DNA of 64,000 nucleotides, taken from contig CDMY01000262.1 of NCBI GenBank assembly GCA_001179505.1, positions 80,595 through 144,594 of the forward strand, in the 5' to 3' direction. Shown in pieces: positions 11,932-25,100 of the stretch. Origin of the DNA: Vitrella brassicaformis CCMP3155. Taxonomy: Eukaryota; Protista; Chromerida. Below the pieces are notes generated by a model that was given only the letters and a program-made list of their open reading frames with translations, made no database searches and was not told where the DNA came from. Every line of letters begins with the position of its first letter. Positions within the stretch are counted from its first letter, which is position 1. Made by a program: the position numbers and the translations under genes.

Positions 11932-13772
11932 CTACTGTGGTATGAGGTGGGCGAGTCGGTATTTGGTCAGCAGAGGGCGGACCAAGGACATCGCGATGGG
12001 GTAGCGGTCAGGCAGCCGCTCCTGGCCCTCGATGGCCGCCTCGGTCGTGTAGAGGACGATGTTAACATCGGTCAGCCACAGATAGGCGGCGACGGTGTCG
12101 CCCTCCTTCATGCCCTTGAGGACGATGTATCGCTCCCGCCCGTCGTCGTTTACCCACCCGATGCAGTCGATGGTGGTGCGGCCGTCGATGGCGTCGCTCA
12201 GCAGTCGCTGATAGCGCTTATCGCCATCGGCCACTGTTGCGTCGAATACCTCCTTCTCGTCCACCCCCTCTTGGTCACACCACTCCACCAACACCATCCT
12301 CTTCACGAAGGCCGCGAATGAGGGGAGGAGGAAGTCATGGTAGCGGATGGGCGGGTTGTGGGGGTCGTATGTGCGGCGGTAAGGGTGACGGGGACGGAGG
12401 GCGGACAGCGGCACCGTTTCGAAGCGCCACTGGTGCTCGCCGTTTCCGATGGTATACTGCTGCCGCGTCACCCCACCGTCCCCCTCCATCGGCTCGTCCA
12501 TCTGCCCGATCCCACCGGCCTCTCCTTCGCTGTCTTCTTCTCCGTCCCCATCGCCCTTTCCCTCCATCGCCTCTTCCTTAGCCTTCTTGCCATCCTGGGC
12601 CTCATCCACCTTGTCGAGCGCCAGGTTGATCCCCTGGTAGTTGAGGAGGTGGCCGAATGTGCTGTACTGGCGAAGGGCGAGGGGCATGGTGTGGAAGTGG
12701 GCCTTGGTGGGCAGGTGGGCCGCCATCCACTGGGGCGACATGATCAGCGGCAGACCAGTCGAGGGCGTCAGCTTGTAGATGTCAGCCAGCCGGATGAAGC
12801 CGGCCCACTCCTCACACCACAGCGCCCCGCCATGCTCCAGTGCATAGCAGCACTTGGTGTAGTACTGAAACGGCCTCTCCACGTCCATGAGGCCCCGCAG
12901 AGACCGGCGGCTGAGGTCCGTGTCGATGCGGGTGAGCATGAAGGTTTCACCGACGAGGTCGATGCCGCAGGTTTTGTTGGCCGCCCGTGCTGAGCTGACG
13001 GCCACGTCCAGGAATCGAGTCACGACGTCACGGTACAGATCCTCAGACAGGGTGCTGGGCATGCCATTGTCCATGTCGGCTGTGGTGTGTTCGGTGTGAG
13101 TGGGGGCGGCATGGGCAGCTGGTAGGGAGGAATGGGGGTGTGAGGGAGGAGGGGGGGAGGGGCTCGTCGCCGCCATGCCTTGTGTGATGGGGGTGAGGGC
13201 GTCAGAGGTCGCCGAGATGCTGCTCTTGAGGGTGGACCAATGAGAGGCAACAGACGGGACCTGAGGCCATCAGAGAGGAATGAGTCATGGCGGCGGTGGT
13301 GATGGGATAACCTCTCTGACCTTGGGAGCGACATTGGCGATGAACGAGCCTTCAATGGTCGTCACATCACACTCCACCTGACCAACACAAGGCCGAGCTG
13401 TGTGTGTGGATGTGTGTCGTCATCGCGTCCTTACCTGTGTCACTTGTGTCAGCAGCACTGAGAAGCGCCGCTGCAGCTCCTCAAAACTAAGACTACCGCC
13501 GGCCACCTGCACACGGACGCACAACACACACAGAGCTGTGATGGCGCACAGAGGGCGGTCAAATGTGTATGGGACAGGCCGCCCACCGATGCGTCATGGG
13601 CAACATCCATCCCGTCCTGCGATAATGCTCCACTCATCTCGTGATCTGACAATGCACAGCACATCATCTGTCCATATGCCTCGCTTCGCCCCATCCTCTC
13701 CATCTCTCTCGGCTTACCTGCGGCAGCCGGACCGTCGATGCGCTGGCGCTTGGAGCTGTCAGCATCAGACAT
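11932..13772 (-). CDS. Hypothetical protein of a lineage-specific family (three short 5' exons plus one ~1.3 kb exon)
   Basis: MSDADSSKRQRIDG start; in-frame splices lead into the 414-aa ORF 11932-13176. It resembles a Vitrella-type expanded family from recollection only; no catalytic motif recognised. Confidence 0.75.
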
Positions 13773-14128
13773 CTCAAACACACGCTAATTAATGATCAAC
13801 AGGCGCCACGAAGCGGAAACGGCGCCTGACGCGTCGCTGAAGGGCAAGAGGGCGATACTCTATCCATCACCAGGGCCGATTAGCGGCTCCTTCCGCCAAT
13901 GCGCACCGACGCCATCCTTCCGTCGCCCTCTTTGTCCTCTTTTCTCCTTCACCGCCGATTCGATCGCGGTGCGAGCTACTAAATGCGGAGAGCGACTCTC
14001 CGCCTTTCTCACCGACGGAGAGAGAGCACATGGGAGACCATCTGATGAACGACTGAGAATCAAGAAAGATCCTATGTGATGTGATCTTGACGCTCGGTCA
14101 ACTGCGGCAGCAGCAGGAGGCCGTGCCC

Positions 14129-17100
14129 ATGAGCCGCTGTTTCCCCTTCACCTCCTTGATAGTGACCGCCGCTAATGACGCGCAAGCATCGGCCTTCGAG
14201 CGAGAGGTGGCCTTCAGACGGGCCACCGGCAGCATCCCGCCGTCCTGCAAGACGCATGTCATCTCAGATCCCAAGGGCGCACGAATCGGTACGTAGGCGG
14301 ATCAGCACATCAAGCACAAAAAGGCCGCATCAACGATGACGTTTTCTGCTCTCATTGCAGGGTCCGGCGGTGCGACTCTGAACGCGTTAGTGCGATGTGC
14401 GCCCGGCGGTCCTCCTGCCGACGAGCTGCTGCTCATCATCCACTCAGGCGGCGACAGCCAGCGATCGCCCGTCCAGTCGGTCTGCGGCAAGGCGTTCGCC
14501 ACACTCAATTGCCAGCAGCAAGGAGGGACCGGGCCGTTCCTCAGCGCGCCCTTCGACCTGCTGCTAGAGTCCCTCTGTCGCCTATTTGCCGGCGTGAAGA
14601 AGGGCGGGCTGGTGGTGTCGTGCTCGGACGTGGTCCTGGCTGTCCCACATGCGGATGAGGGCATGTGGGGCGGCAGTGGGGTGGTCGGTGTGGCAGCGGA
14701 GGTCGACGCGAGATATGGCCCGAGGCACGGCGTGTATGTGCCGACGACCGAGGGGCGCGTGGCGCAATTCCTGCAGAAGCCGACGGAGGCCGTTATGACG
14801 AGTGAGGGCGCCTCCCTCCCTCCAGGCAAGATCGCCGTCGACACGGGGGTGGTCTACTTCGACACGACCACCACACAGAGGCTCGTCGAGATGGCCCAGT
14901 CGCCCGTGCTGGCCGGCTGCACCGAAGCGGGTCTGAAGGAGGGGCAGCCGCCCCTGAGGACAGAGCTGTATAGCGACATCATGCTGGCCCTCAGTGGCGC
15001 CTCGACCGACCAGGAGGGCTATCTGCGGCATGACGGGGGCTCCCCGCCGGAGGCGCTGGTGCGTGCGCGAGAGATGCTGTGGAAGGAGCTGCAGACGGTG
15101 GGGTTCTCTGTGGCAATGCCTTCAGAGATGGACTTCCTGCACCTGGGAACAACGAAAGAGGTAAGTAGGAGAAAGGCTGACCCATGCACGCGCGATGCGT
15201 TTCCCCGTCCATCATCTGTCCTTCCCCATGTGTGTGTGGGTCAGCTGATGGACTTCATGTGTGGGGCCAAGGCGTCCTTCACGGCAGCCCACTCCCTCAG
15301 GCCAGTCGTGGCCTCGTACCTGCCGCCGTTCCACCCCCTCACCCGCCCCCCTCCCCTCCCCACACAGACACACCCATGGACCGTCGTCTCGAACAGCATC
15401 CTCCTCCCGGTAGACAGCAGCGGCGCATCAGATGTAGCGGGATGTCTTAGCGGTGCCGTCATCGAGCACTCGGTGCTCGAGGGCCGCTATCATGTCGGGC
15501 ATCGGGCGTTTGTGAGCGGCGTGCGGTCGGGGTATCGGGACGGCCTGTGTGTGGGTGACGAGATGGTGGTGCAGGAGACGGCTGTGGGTGGGGGCATGCA
15601 CGTGGTGGCCGTGTACTGCCTGGGGGATGACATCAAGAGGCCGGCTGCTGACCAGCAGGCCACTGTGTGTGGCGTGCCCTGGGAGACACTGTATGACGCT
15701 GCCCAGGTGAGTGGTCTGGAGAGGGTGAGGCTTTGTATGGCTGTCTTTGATTTCTTCTTGCGTCTGTTGCCATGTGTGTGGTCAGGTGACTGCCGATGAC
15801 ATCTGGCCATCGGATGTGGCCGCGTCGAAGCGAACCCTCTGGACAGCGCGGCTCTTCCCACCTTTCCCTGCCGCATCGCCTCAGGCAAGAAGGCCCCTCT
15901 CCCTCTGGCTGATGCAGCTGCGCGACAAGAGGGCAACTATCACCAGCGATGACAGGTGAGACAACTGACCTGTGTGGGTGCCTGCTTCTATCTGCTTCTG
16001 CATGTGTGTTGATCGTGTGTGCACCGTGTAGGCTGGCGGGTGTGATCCAGGAGTGGCGACGCGCGCACCGTCTGTCGCTCAAGGACATCCTGCGACAGGC
16101 CGACGCCTCACAGGAGTTCCACTGGCGCAAAAACGAGCTGCCAAGACTCATCACCGAAGCCCACAAGGTGACGTCAAACACACACAGCCACATTCTCGCG
16201 TGGCACCCGGTCACACATCACAAATCTGTCCCGCCTCCCCCCCTCCCCCCCCTCAGGCCACATCCATATCGCTTCCAGCCATCCAGACCGACCCAGCAAC
16301 AGCCGCCCTGTCCATCGCCGCTGGCCCCTCTCCCCAGCTCGACATCGTCTGCCTCGTCGCGTCCACCGATGACAAGGCCAAGGCACTCGAGGGCACTCTG
16401 CACAAGGCACAGCAGAGAGGGCGGCTTCCGGCAGGGGCGGAGATCATGACGGTGGTCGACCCGTGTGGCGGCGGCCAGTGCGGGTCGGACCGGTCGGGGA
16501 GCATTGTGCTCAACGCGCTGCTTGTCATCGCCGAAAAACTGAGCGGACGAAACGTGAGAATCCCGCGGAAAGGCAGAGGGGGAGAGAGGGAGAGAGAGAG
16601 TGGATGATGGTCTCTCTCTCTCTCTCTGCGTGTGCTGTGGTGTGGTGTCAGAGTGCGACGTATTTGGATTTGGATGTGCTGTGTGGGCTGCGGATAGTGG
16701 TCATCTACGTAGAGGACGGCAGCCCACTGCCCCCATTCACCACCCTACTCCCACTGGTAAGGGCCCCCGCCCACCACACACCACAGGCATTTTAAAATGA
16801 CACCCGTATACCCGCCCTGCGCAGGTGTCTGGTGACCTTCAGAAGTGGCCCCTGAGCAGTCTCGATGTCACGTTGGGCTCCCTCGTCCCACTTGCTGCAT
16901 CGATGAGGCCTGGTGTGTTGGCGTGTTCGGCACATACCATCGTGCAGGGCAGCATTGCGCAGCTCCACACGGCCAGCGATAGCGACGGGGAGATCGTTGT
17001 ATTTGCCTCACGAAGCCGAGACGAAGAGCGGTCCGATACAGGTCAGCAGGAAGCCGAGGAAAACTTGGTCACTTATCGGCCGACCCTCTTTCTGTGCTTG

Positions 17101-20100
17101 CAGGCCTCTTGCACGTGGATGTGGCTACTCGAGACGTGGTGGGGATGGGTGGTGGTGGTGATGGTGGCGAGTCGACGAGCAGCAGCGGCAGCACCGTTGT
17201 GTTGCCCATTGGGCTAATTGATTTCGACACCAGGGCCGCACAGATGTTCCTGGCCCTCCACACCACAAGCCCGCTCGACAGATGCACATACCTGGGTGAG
17301 AAGTACCAAGGACTCAACACACATCCACACACACACACACACACACGTGTGGGCTTCCCAATATATCTGTGTGCAGGTGTCGACACCGGCAGCACCAGCC
17401 CCCTCCCCTTGTCGCTCACCACCCACCTGCTGCCATCCCTCATCCAGCCCCCCCTCCACAAGCAGGAGGGGCCCTCTCTGCCCCTCCCTCTCCCGAGCTC
17501 CTCTCCACCCCATTCGTCCACCGAGTCGTCGCCCCACCTGCGGGCAGCCACGGGAGGCGGCACATCTTTCACTGGTCAGGGCAGCGGCAGCGACGTCGAG
17601 CTGGAGGGCGACATGGGACAGATGAAACCACCTTGTAGACGCACACCACAGCCCCAACAGCTGCATATGGGCACTGGTGGCCAGGCAGTGGCGGCCGACG
17701 AGGAGAGGATGGTCGAGGTCATGCGGAGAGAGCTGGGGGGCAAGATAGCTGTCAGGGCCGCTATTGTGGAGTTGACGGGGCAGGGGCCGAGGGATAGCGA
17801 CAGAGGGCAGATTAGGTGAAAAGGGGGAAAAAGGCGCGAACCGCCCCGAACCGCCGACGGATGGGATGGATGTTTGTCTCTGCAGGCCATGTGTAGCGCT
17901 CCGCACGGTGCCCGAGTACGTCAAGTATGTGAATAGCGACCTGGTCCACTCAACGCCGCCAGCTACGCGCCGGAGCGATGCCGCCCACTCACACGTCGCC
18001 CACACGGTAAGCGGCAATCCGCTGTGGGTCGCCTTACCACATCACGTTCACATACATCTGTCTGGTCGGTCCATCCATCCATCCATCCAGGTGTCAGTGG
18101 TGACCCCCTGGTCGACGTCCCTCCAGTCGCCGCCCACCAAGCCGCTGCTCGTCAACTCCTGCCTGCAGGGGAAGGGATTCCTCCACCCCTCGTGTGTGGC
18201 CGTCAACTGCCGTCTCGATGGCGAGTTCAGCCTCGGCGAGGGGGCAGTGTGCGTCGGTGTGCGGTCTGTCAAGGGCATCAGCGTGGCAGGTGGGAGGGAG
18301 GGAGGGGTATGGGTGCGTTGCGTTGCGTTGCGGTGTTCGTCTTGGATGGCCGGTGTGGTTTTCGTCGCTGCCCTTCCACAAATTCGCCGCCATATGCATG
18401 TGCTTCCTTCGTGTTGGTCCCGTCTTGTCTTGCGTGACACACGAATGACATACATAGGCGGGACTGATGATCCGGACGCTATACACATACACTTCATCGT
18501 TTCTTTCTTTCTTTCTTTCTTTGTCGTCTCTCTCTCTCTCTCTGTGTCTGTGGTGACTGCAGCTAATGTGGTGGTGCAAGAGATTGAGATGCGGACGGGT
18601 GCGGACGGTGGTAGCCCTCGCTCCCCTGTGGTCGTCTTCTACGGCATCCAGGACGACTTGCGAGCGGCCTTCCGAGACCCGTCGGCCACCTTCAGGAACC
18701 GCCCGTGGAGCGACCTCTTCACGTCGACCGCCATCACCCCAACAGACCTCTGGCCGCCCCCCCACGACGACACGCAACAGCAGCAATGCACCCTGGCCAA
18801 CGCCAAGCTCTTCCCCATCCACGCGCCGTCCCTCTCCCCGCCCCTCTGGCTGATGCAGATGCACGGGCCACCAGCAGCGGGAGCGGGCAGGGCCCAGATG
18901 ATGAGTGCTGAGCTGCTGTATGCGGTGGACGAGTGGCGGCGGGCCAAGCGGGTCTCACTGGAGGAGGCCGTGATGGCGATGGACGTGTGTGCGGAGATGC
19001 GCAAGGTGGATGACGTTGGGTGGGAGGTTGATAGGCACCGGATGGAGGCCGTGCTGACCGGGCGGATGGACGACGACCTCACCGAAGTCTACACGGCTTG
19101 TGCGGCGGACGGGCGAAAGGGGGTGAGACAAATGAGGCAGGGCAGCCATTCGACCATGCCATGTACTCCCTCTCTGTCTGTGTGGATATGTGTGTCAGGT
19201 GTTCGCCGCCCTCGACTCCATCATGACTGCATCTGTGTCTGAGCTGGACGTCCTCTGCCGAGCCCTCATACACACCTCTGAAGCACTAGCAGCCTTCGCC
19301 ACACAAGAGGTACCTGCCTGCACCCACACACACCTTGCTCGCTCCACCCAGCCAAACCCATCTGTGGGAATGGGGGTGTCTTCATTCACAGGGTGGAGTC
19401 CGCAGCGGCCCAGCCCACCATCCTGAGTGGGCCGAGGCGATGGCCGGTCTCAGAGACGTCAACCAGGTCGATGCCGTGCGACGGAGCCTACGGGACATGG
19501 CGGCCGTGAGGGACCGTTGGATGCATACAGTATGCCAGCCAGCAGCCGATGAAAGACCAGACCACCAGACCACACGAGACCAGACCAGACCACACGACAT
19601 GACGGACATCGGCCAGACCATGTGTGTGTCGGTCTGCAGGGTCGTCCGGACCTGTTGATTCGATCCGCCCGGCACTATGAGAGCGCGGCCTTTCTCGTCA
19701 TCCAGCAGGCAGTGGCCACGTGCAACCGGTTCGTGCACTTCTCCCTCTCGCCCACAGCCCGCCTGCCACTCCATGTGTGGGCGCAAGCAGTCGCACCGGC
19801 ACGGCTCGACCTGGGCGGAGGATGGAGGTACGAAACTCTCAGGAAGTCAAGCCATCTGCTGCTCATGTGAACTCTGTGCTGTGGTGGTTTTGTTTTGTTG
19901 TGTGTTTGTTGCAGTGACACGCCGCCCATGAGCTACGAGTATGGCGGCAAGGTGACGACAGTGGCCATCAAAGTCGACGGCGAGAAGCCCATCGGCGCCC
20001 GTGCGTGTCGCACTGAGCAGTTGGAGGTGGTCTTGGCGCCTCAGTCAGGCGGGCGAGATACGGCGGACAAGGCCGTGTGCCTGTGTCGGAGCCTGGAGGA

Positions 20101-21457
20101 CCTGTGCGACTACAACAAACCCGGCGCCCCGTGCGCACTGCTCAAGGTGGGTGGGGGGATGGGAGAGAGAGAGAGAGAGAGTAATCCTTTCAATCATCAC
20201 ACTCGTGATTCAGGCCGCCCTTGTGTGCTGCCGCATCATCGACCCACACGACAGTAGCCGCTCTCTCCAGCAACAGCTCCAAGACACAGTGGGCGGCGGC
20301 CTCCGCATCGAGTCGTGGGCCCACCTGCCCGTCGGCTCGGGCCTGGGCACGTCCAGCATCCTAGCGGGTGTGGTGCTGGCTGCTGTCGGCGTAGCGTGCG
20401 GCCGGCCATATAGCGACACAAGCAGCGTGTGTCACGCTGTCCTGATGGTGGAGCAGATGATGACCACTGGAGGCGGGTGGCAGGACCAGGTGAGTGGGAC
20501 TGACTGACGGGAGTGGGGGAGGGGAGGGAGGGGCATTGCATCCCATCTCTTCGCCCCAATGTGTTTTGTGTGTGCAGGTTGGTGGGCTGAATGGCGGCGC
20601 AAGGCTGGGTCAGTCGGGGAAAGGGCTGCCCCTGAGAGTGGAAGCGACGGCCATCCCTCTCGAGCCAGCCGTGGTAGATCGCCTCAACAGACACCTGCTG
20701 CTCATTTACACGGGTGCTGCACCCACAGAGCCATGCAGACAGACCAGACCCCATTGCACCGCACCTGACCTTGCAGTGCATCATGATGATATGTCTGTGC
20801 TGTGCAGGTCGATCGCGGCTGGCCAAGTGCATTCTGCAGCAGGTGGTGAGGCGGTGGTCCTTGAGAGGCCGACCCACACTCACAGGTGGGTGACGTGAGT
20901 GACAGCGAACCATCCATGGAGGGCATGTGGCCATGTGCGCGCCTCTCTCTCGTGCTGTCCATGCAATGCCGTCACATACATCAGACATGGAGAGCAACCA
21001 CCAGTACGCCACCACTGCCGCCGAGGCCCTGAGGAAAGGCGACCTGCAGGCCCTCGGTGGCGTCATGTGCGCCTATTGGGAGCTGAAGCGCCGCATGGCC
21101 GTCGATGCCGAGCCACCCATCGTGACGCTCCTCAACGACACCATGCGGCCTCACTCTCACGGCATGACGCTCGCCGGTGCGGGGGGCGGGGGCTTCTGGG
21201 TCGGCGTCACCAAACAAGACAAGCAGACCACTCTTGAGGCGGTCAGCCAGCAGCTGGGCCTCTCAGGTGCGCATGAGGGTGCGGCCGATGGTGTGTCGTT
21301 GGCGAAGAGAGGCAGTGCTGAGGACATGGGGGAGCAGCTGGTGCTGCCCGGGGGGGAGACGGTGTTCGTCAGAGATGTGGAGGTGGACACCGAGGGCATG
21401 GTGATCACTGTCGAGGGGCGGAGGGACAAGGGGAGCGCGGCTGGCTGTGTAGCTTGA
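14129..21457 (+). CDS. FKGP: Bifunctional fucose salvage enzyme: fucose-1-phosphate guanylyltransferase (FPGT) module fused to a full-length L-fucokinase (FUK/FCSK-like)
   Basis: Module 1: VISDPKGARIGSGGATLNAL, IIHSGGDSQRSP. Module 2: LNALLVIAEKLSGR, GGVRSGPAHHPEW, LLIRSARHYESA. GHMP kinase: PARLDLGGGWSDTPP, LPVGSGLGTSS, EQMMTTGGGWQDQ, GAGGGGF. Confidence 0.9.
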
Positions 21458-22159
21458 CATACATAGAACAGACATTGATAGATCTGCGAGGGAACTGTGC
21501 AAAGGCTGGTTAGTCTAGTCCAATTCGCCGCTGTGTTTAGGACTTCGTGTAGTAGGTCAGAGCTCACAATGAATCTTTGTGGTCAACGCCATTTTGTGCA
21601 GTGGTCCTGTTGATCTTTGCGGGGGGTAGGGGTCGCACATCGCCCTGCCCTCCGCATCAGACCATCCAACCGAGAAAGTGCAGACCTCTGCTTCGGTGTG
21701 CCCTCTGTACGGTGTGCCAACGGTCAAACGATTTTTCTTAGCTCGCAGCAAAACGAGCCGGAAAGGACTGATCTGTGAGCCCAACAGAAGGCAGCCGACC
21801 GACGACCGAAGCACAAAAGGCGTGGGCACCTTCGCAAAAGCGTTCCCTCGCGCCGCCGTGAAACGGTGCAGCTCGCGGATCTCTCCTCGCGAAAAAAAAA
21901 ACAGAGAGTGAGAAGACAGAGCGGAGCGGCACGGCTGTCGTGACCCCCCGCCACACAGCGCACCACAGCAGCCGCCATCCACCACACAGCACAGCAGCTT
22001 CAGTCCATCTGCAGCCCGTTCTCCTCTCTCAAGACTGCTTGTGTCAGCCAGAGATCGATACCCTTTGTCAGCGAGAGAGCCTGCTGCTGTGCTGCTGAGT
22101 CCCTCCCTTCTCATCACAGCTGTCTTCGCGTGAGCCGCTGACTCGGACGAACGGCAGAC

Positions 22160-25100
22160 ATGTCAAGTGTGCAGCACCCTGGCCTCTACTTCTTCGGACT
22201 GGTGAGCCAAGAGAGACACTCAGAGAGATACGTACGTGGAGAGCTGCAGACAGACGTTCTGTTGTCTGGTGGTGTGTTGTGTGTTGGCCCTTCCTCGTTT
22301 TCTTTGCAGGCGCTGTTTGCGTCGATATGGTTGCTGATGGCCCTCATCGGCGGCCAGTGGTCATGCATTATGGAGGGCAAGTGCGGGGCGTCCCCCGGGA
22401 TGAGCCAGGCAAAGGCCGTGCCAGTGATCACCACACCGACCATCCCAGATGACCGCAACTCGACGGCCACGGCCCAAGTGCAGTCGGCCCTCGATGACGC
22501 CAAGGACTTCTTCGCCATCGTGCAGATCTTGTGGATCGTTTCGCTGGCGCCGTTCGTTGTCTTTCTGCTGCTGGGGATGATTAACCCGCGGGGCTTCGAG
22601 TGGCGGCGAAAGGCCAAGACCTTGGCCAATGAGGACAGCGAGGCGCGGCGAGTGCATCTGCAAAGCGATGGGACCAAGATCAGCTACCGAGTGGTGACTA
22701 GAGGCACCAATCCATCGCTTGTGGCCGATGTGGCCAAGCGGAACATCCCGCTGCTGAGAGAAAAGGCCACGATGCCCTTCATCTACGAGGTCGCCACCGA
22801 CAGGTGAGGTGCGCTCACACACAGAGAGAGGAGGCAGGCCAGCCACAGAGAGAGAGCCAATGCACTGCCATGGGGGCGTCAGTCACCTGTCTGTCGGTGT
22901 CCTATTATTACTTCAGGCCTCTGAATTTGGCCTGCCATTTGTCTGAGTTGGGTATCGGTGCGGGGGGCCACGACGCCGAGGGCGGCCTGGCGGTCAATGA
23001 GATCGTGGTGCCCGACTCGTATAAGCCCCCAGGCGGCGCTGTGTGGAAGGCGCGGGCCCTCAACTTCGCCAATGAGCCCAACCTCTGACGGTGAGAGAGT
23101 CAGTGAGGATTGCCGGGACGCCATGGCCTCTCACTCATTGCTGTGCTGTGCTGTGCTGTGGTGCTGTGTGTTCAGGAAGGGGACATTGTGGTGCATTTGG
23201 ACGAGGAGACCCTCCTGACGCACAGCTGTGTGGCGGGCATCGAAGAGTTCGTCAGGGCCGATGCGTCGCGAGTGGGCAGCGGCACCATTGCCTACGGGCA
23301 GGACGTCATCGTCAACCCATGGCTGACCATGGCCGACAGCCTCCGAGTCACCGACGACTACTGCAAAATGCGACTCTTCTTCTCCTCCTTCAAACCCCTC
23401 ATCGGCATGAAAGGTGACAGCAGAGCAGACACACACACGGCTTCTCAGCTGACTGACCCCCTGCCCTGCACACCACACACACGGATCTGTCTGTCTGTCT
23501 GCTTTTTGGTCCACAGGCTCGTTTGTGGTCTGCCCCGTGGCCGTCGAGCGGCGCGTGACGTGGGACCACGGCCGCGACGGGTCGATCACCGAGGACACGA
23601 CCTTTGCCCTCAAGGCGGTGGGCGAGGGCGTGCGGTTCGGGTGGGTCAAGGGCGTCATGCGGGAGAAGAGCCCCTTCGGCATCGTTGACTTCATGAAGCA
23701 GCGGCGGCGGTGGTTCCAGGGGCTCTGGCGGGACGCCGTCAAGAAGGAGCTCAAGCTGCACACACGACTGAGTAAGCACAGCACACAGACAAGGATGAAG
23801 AGAGAGAGAGAGCTCATTCCTCTCTCTCTGTGTTTGGTTCGTTCAGTGTTNNNNNNNNNNNNNNNNNNNNNNNNNNNNNNNNNNNNNNNNNNNNNNNNNN
23901 NNNNNNNNNNNNNNNNNNNNNNNNNNNNNNNNNNNNNNNNNNNNNNNNNNNNNNNNNNNNNNNNNNNNNNNNNNNNNNNNNNNNNNNNNNNNNNNNNNNN
24001 NNNNNNNNNNNNNNNNNNNNNNNNNNNNNNNNNNNNNNNNNNNNNNNNNNNNNNNNNNNNNNNNNNNNNNNNNNNNNNNNNNNNNNNNNNNNNNNNNNNN
24101 NNNNNNNNNNNNNNNNNNNNNNNNNNNNNNNNNNNNNNNNNNNNNNNNNNACGGTGAGAGAGTCAGTGAGGATTGCCGGGACGCCATGGCCTCTCACTCA
24201 TTGCTGTGCTGTGCTGTGCTGTGGTGCTGTGTGTTCAGGAAGGGGACATTGTGGTGCATTTGGACGAGGAGACCCTCCTGACGCACAGCTGTGTGGCGGG
24301 CATCGAAGAGTTCGTCAGGGCCGATGCGTCGCGAGTGGGCAGCGGCACCATTGCCTACGGGCAGGACGTCATCGTCAACCCATGGCTGACCATGGCCGAC
24401 AGCCTCCGAGTCACCGACGACTACTGCAAAATGCGACTCTTCTTCTCCTCCTTCAAACCCCTCATCGGCATGAAAGGTGACAGCAGAGCAGACACACACA
24501 CGGCTTCTCAGCTGACTGACCCCCTGCCCTGCACACCACACACACGGATCTGTCTGTCTGTCTGCTTTTTGGTCCACAGGCTCGTTTGTGGTCTGCCCCG
24601 TGGCCGTCGAGCGGCGCGTGACGTGGGACCACGGCCGCGACGGGTCGATCACCGAGGACACGACCTTTGCCCTCAAGGCGGTGGGCGAGGGCGTGCGGTT
24701 CGGGTGGGTCAAGGGCGTCATGCGGGAGAAGAGCCCCTTCGGCATCGTTGACTTCATGAAGCAGCGGCGGCGGTGGTTCCAGGGGCTCTGGCGGGACGCC
24801 GTCAAGAAGGAGCTCAAGCTGCACACACGACTGAGTAAGCACAGCACACAGACACACAGACAAAGATAAGGAGGAAAGAGCTCATTCCTCTCTCTCTGTG
24901 TTTGGTTCGTTCAGTGTTGGGTTACTGTCTGGCGATGTGGTCGTTCATTCCGCTGTGGAATCTGCTGATGCTGCTCGAGCTCACCTGCGAGCATGGGCTG
25001 GGCCACCCCATCCCCTACCCCGCGACGCCCCTCCTCATGGCCATCAAGACCACCTGGATGGTCAGCCCAGCCAGCACACACACACAAGTGCTCAGGCAGG

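Noticed and set aside
12237-12993. Long antisense ORFs opposite real genes (also at 28321-28941 and 37777-38433)
   Set aside because: These are expected shadows of GC-rich coding sequence and carry no independent motifs.
23088-24918. Internal tandem exon duplication creating a two-domain glycosyltransferase
   Set aside because: The copies abut a 300-N gap and show no coding differences that I could see. This is the signature of an unmerged contig overlap or paralogue bubble, not a real tandem duplication.
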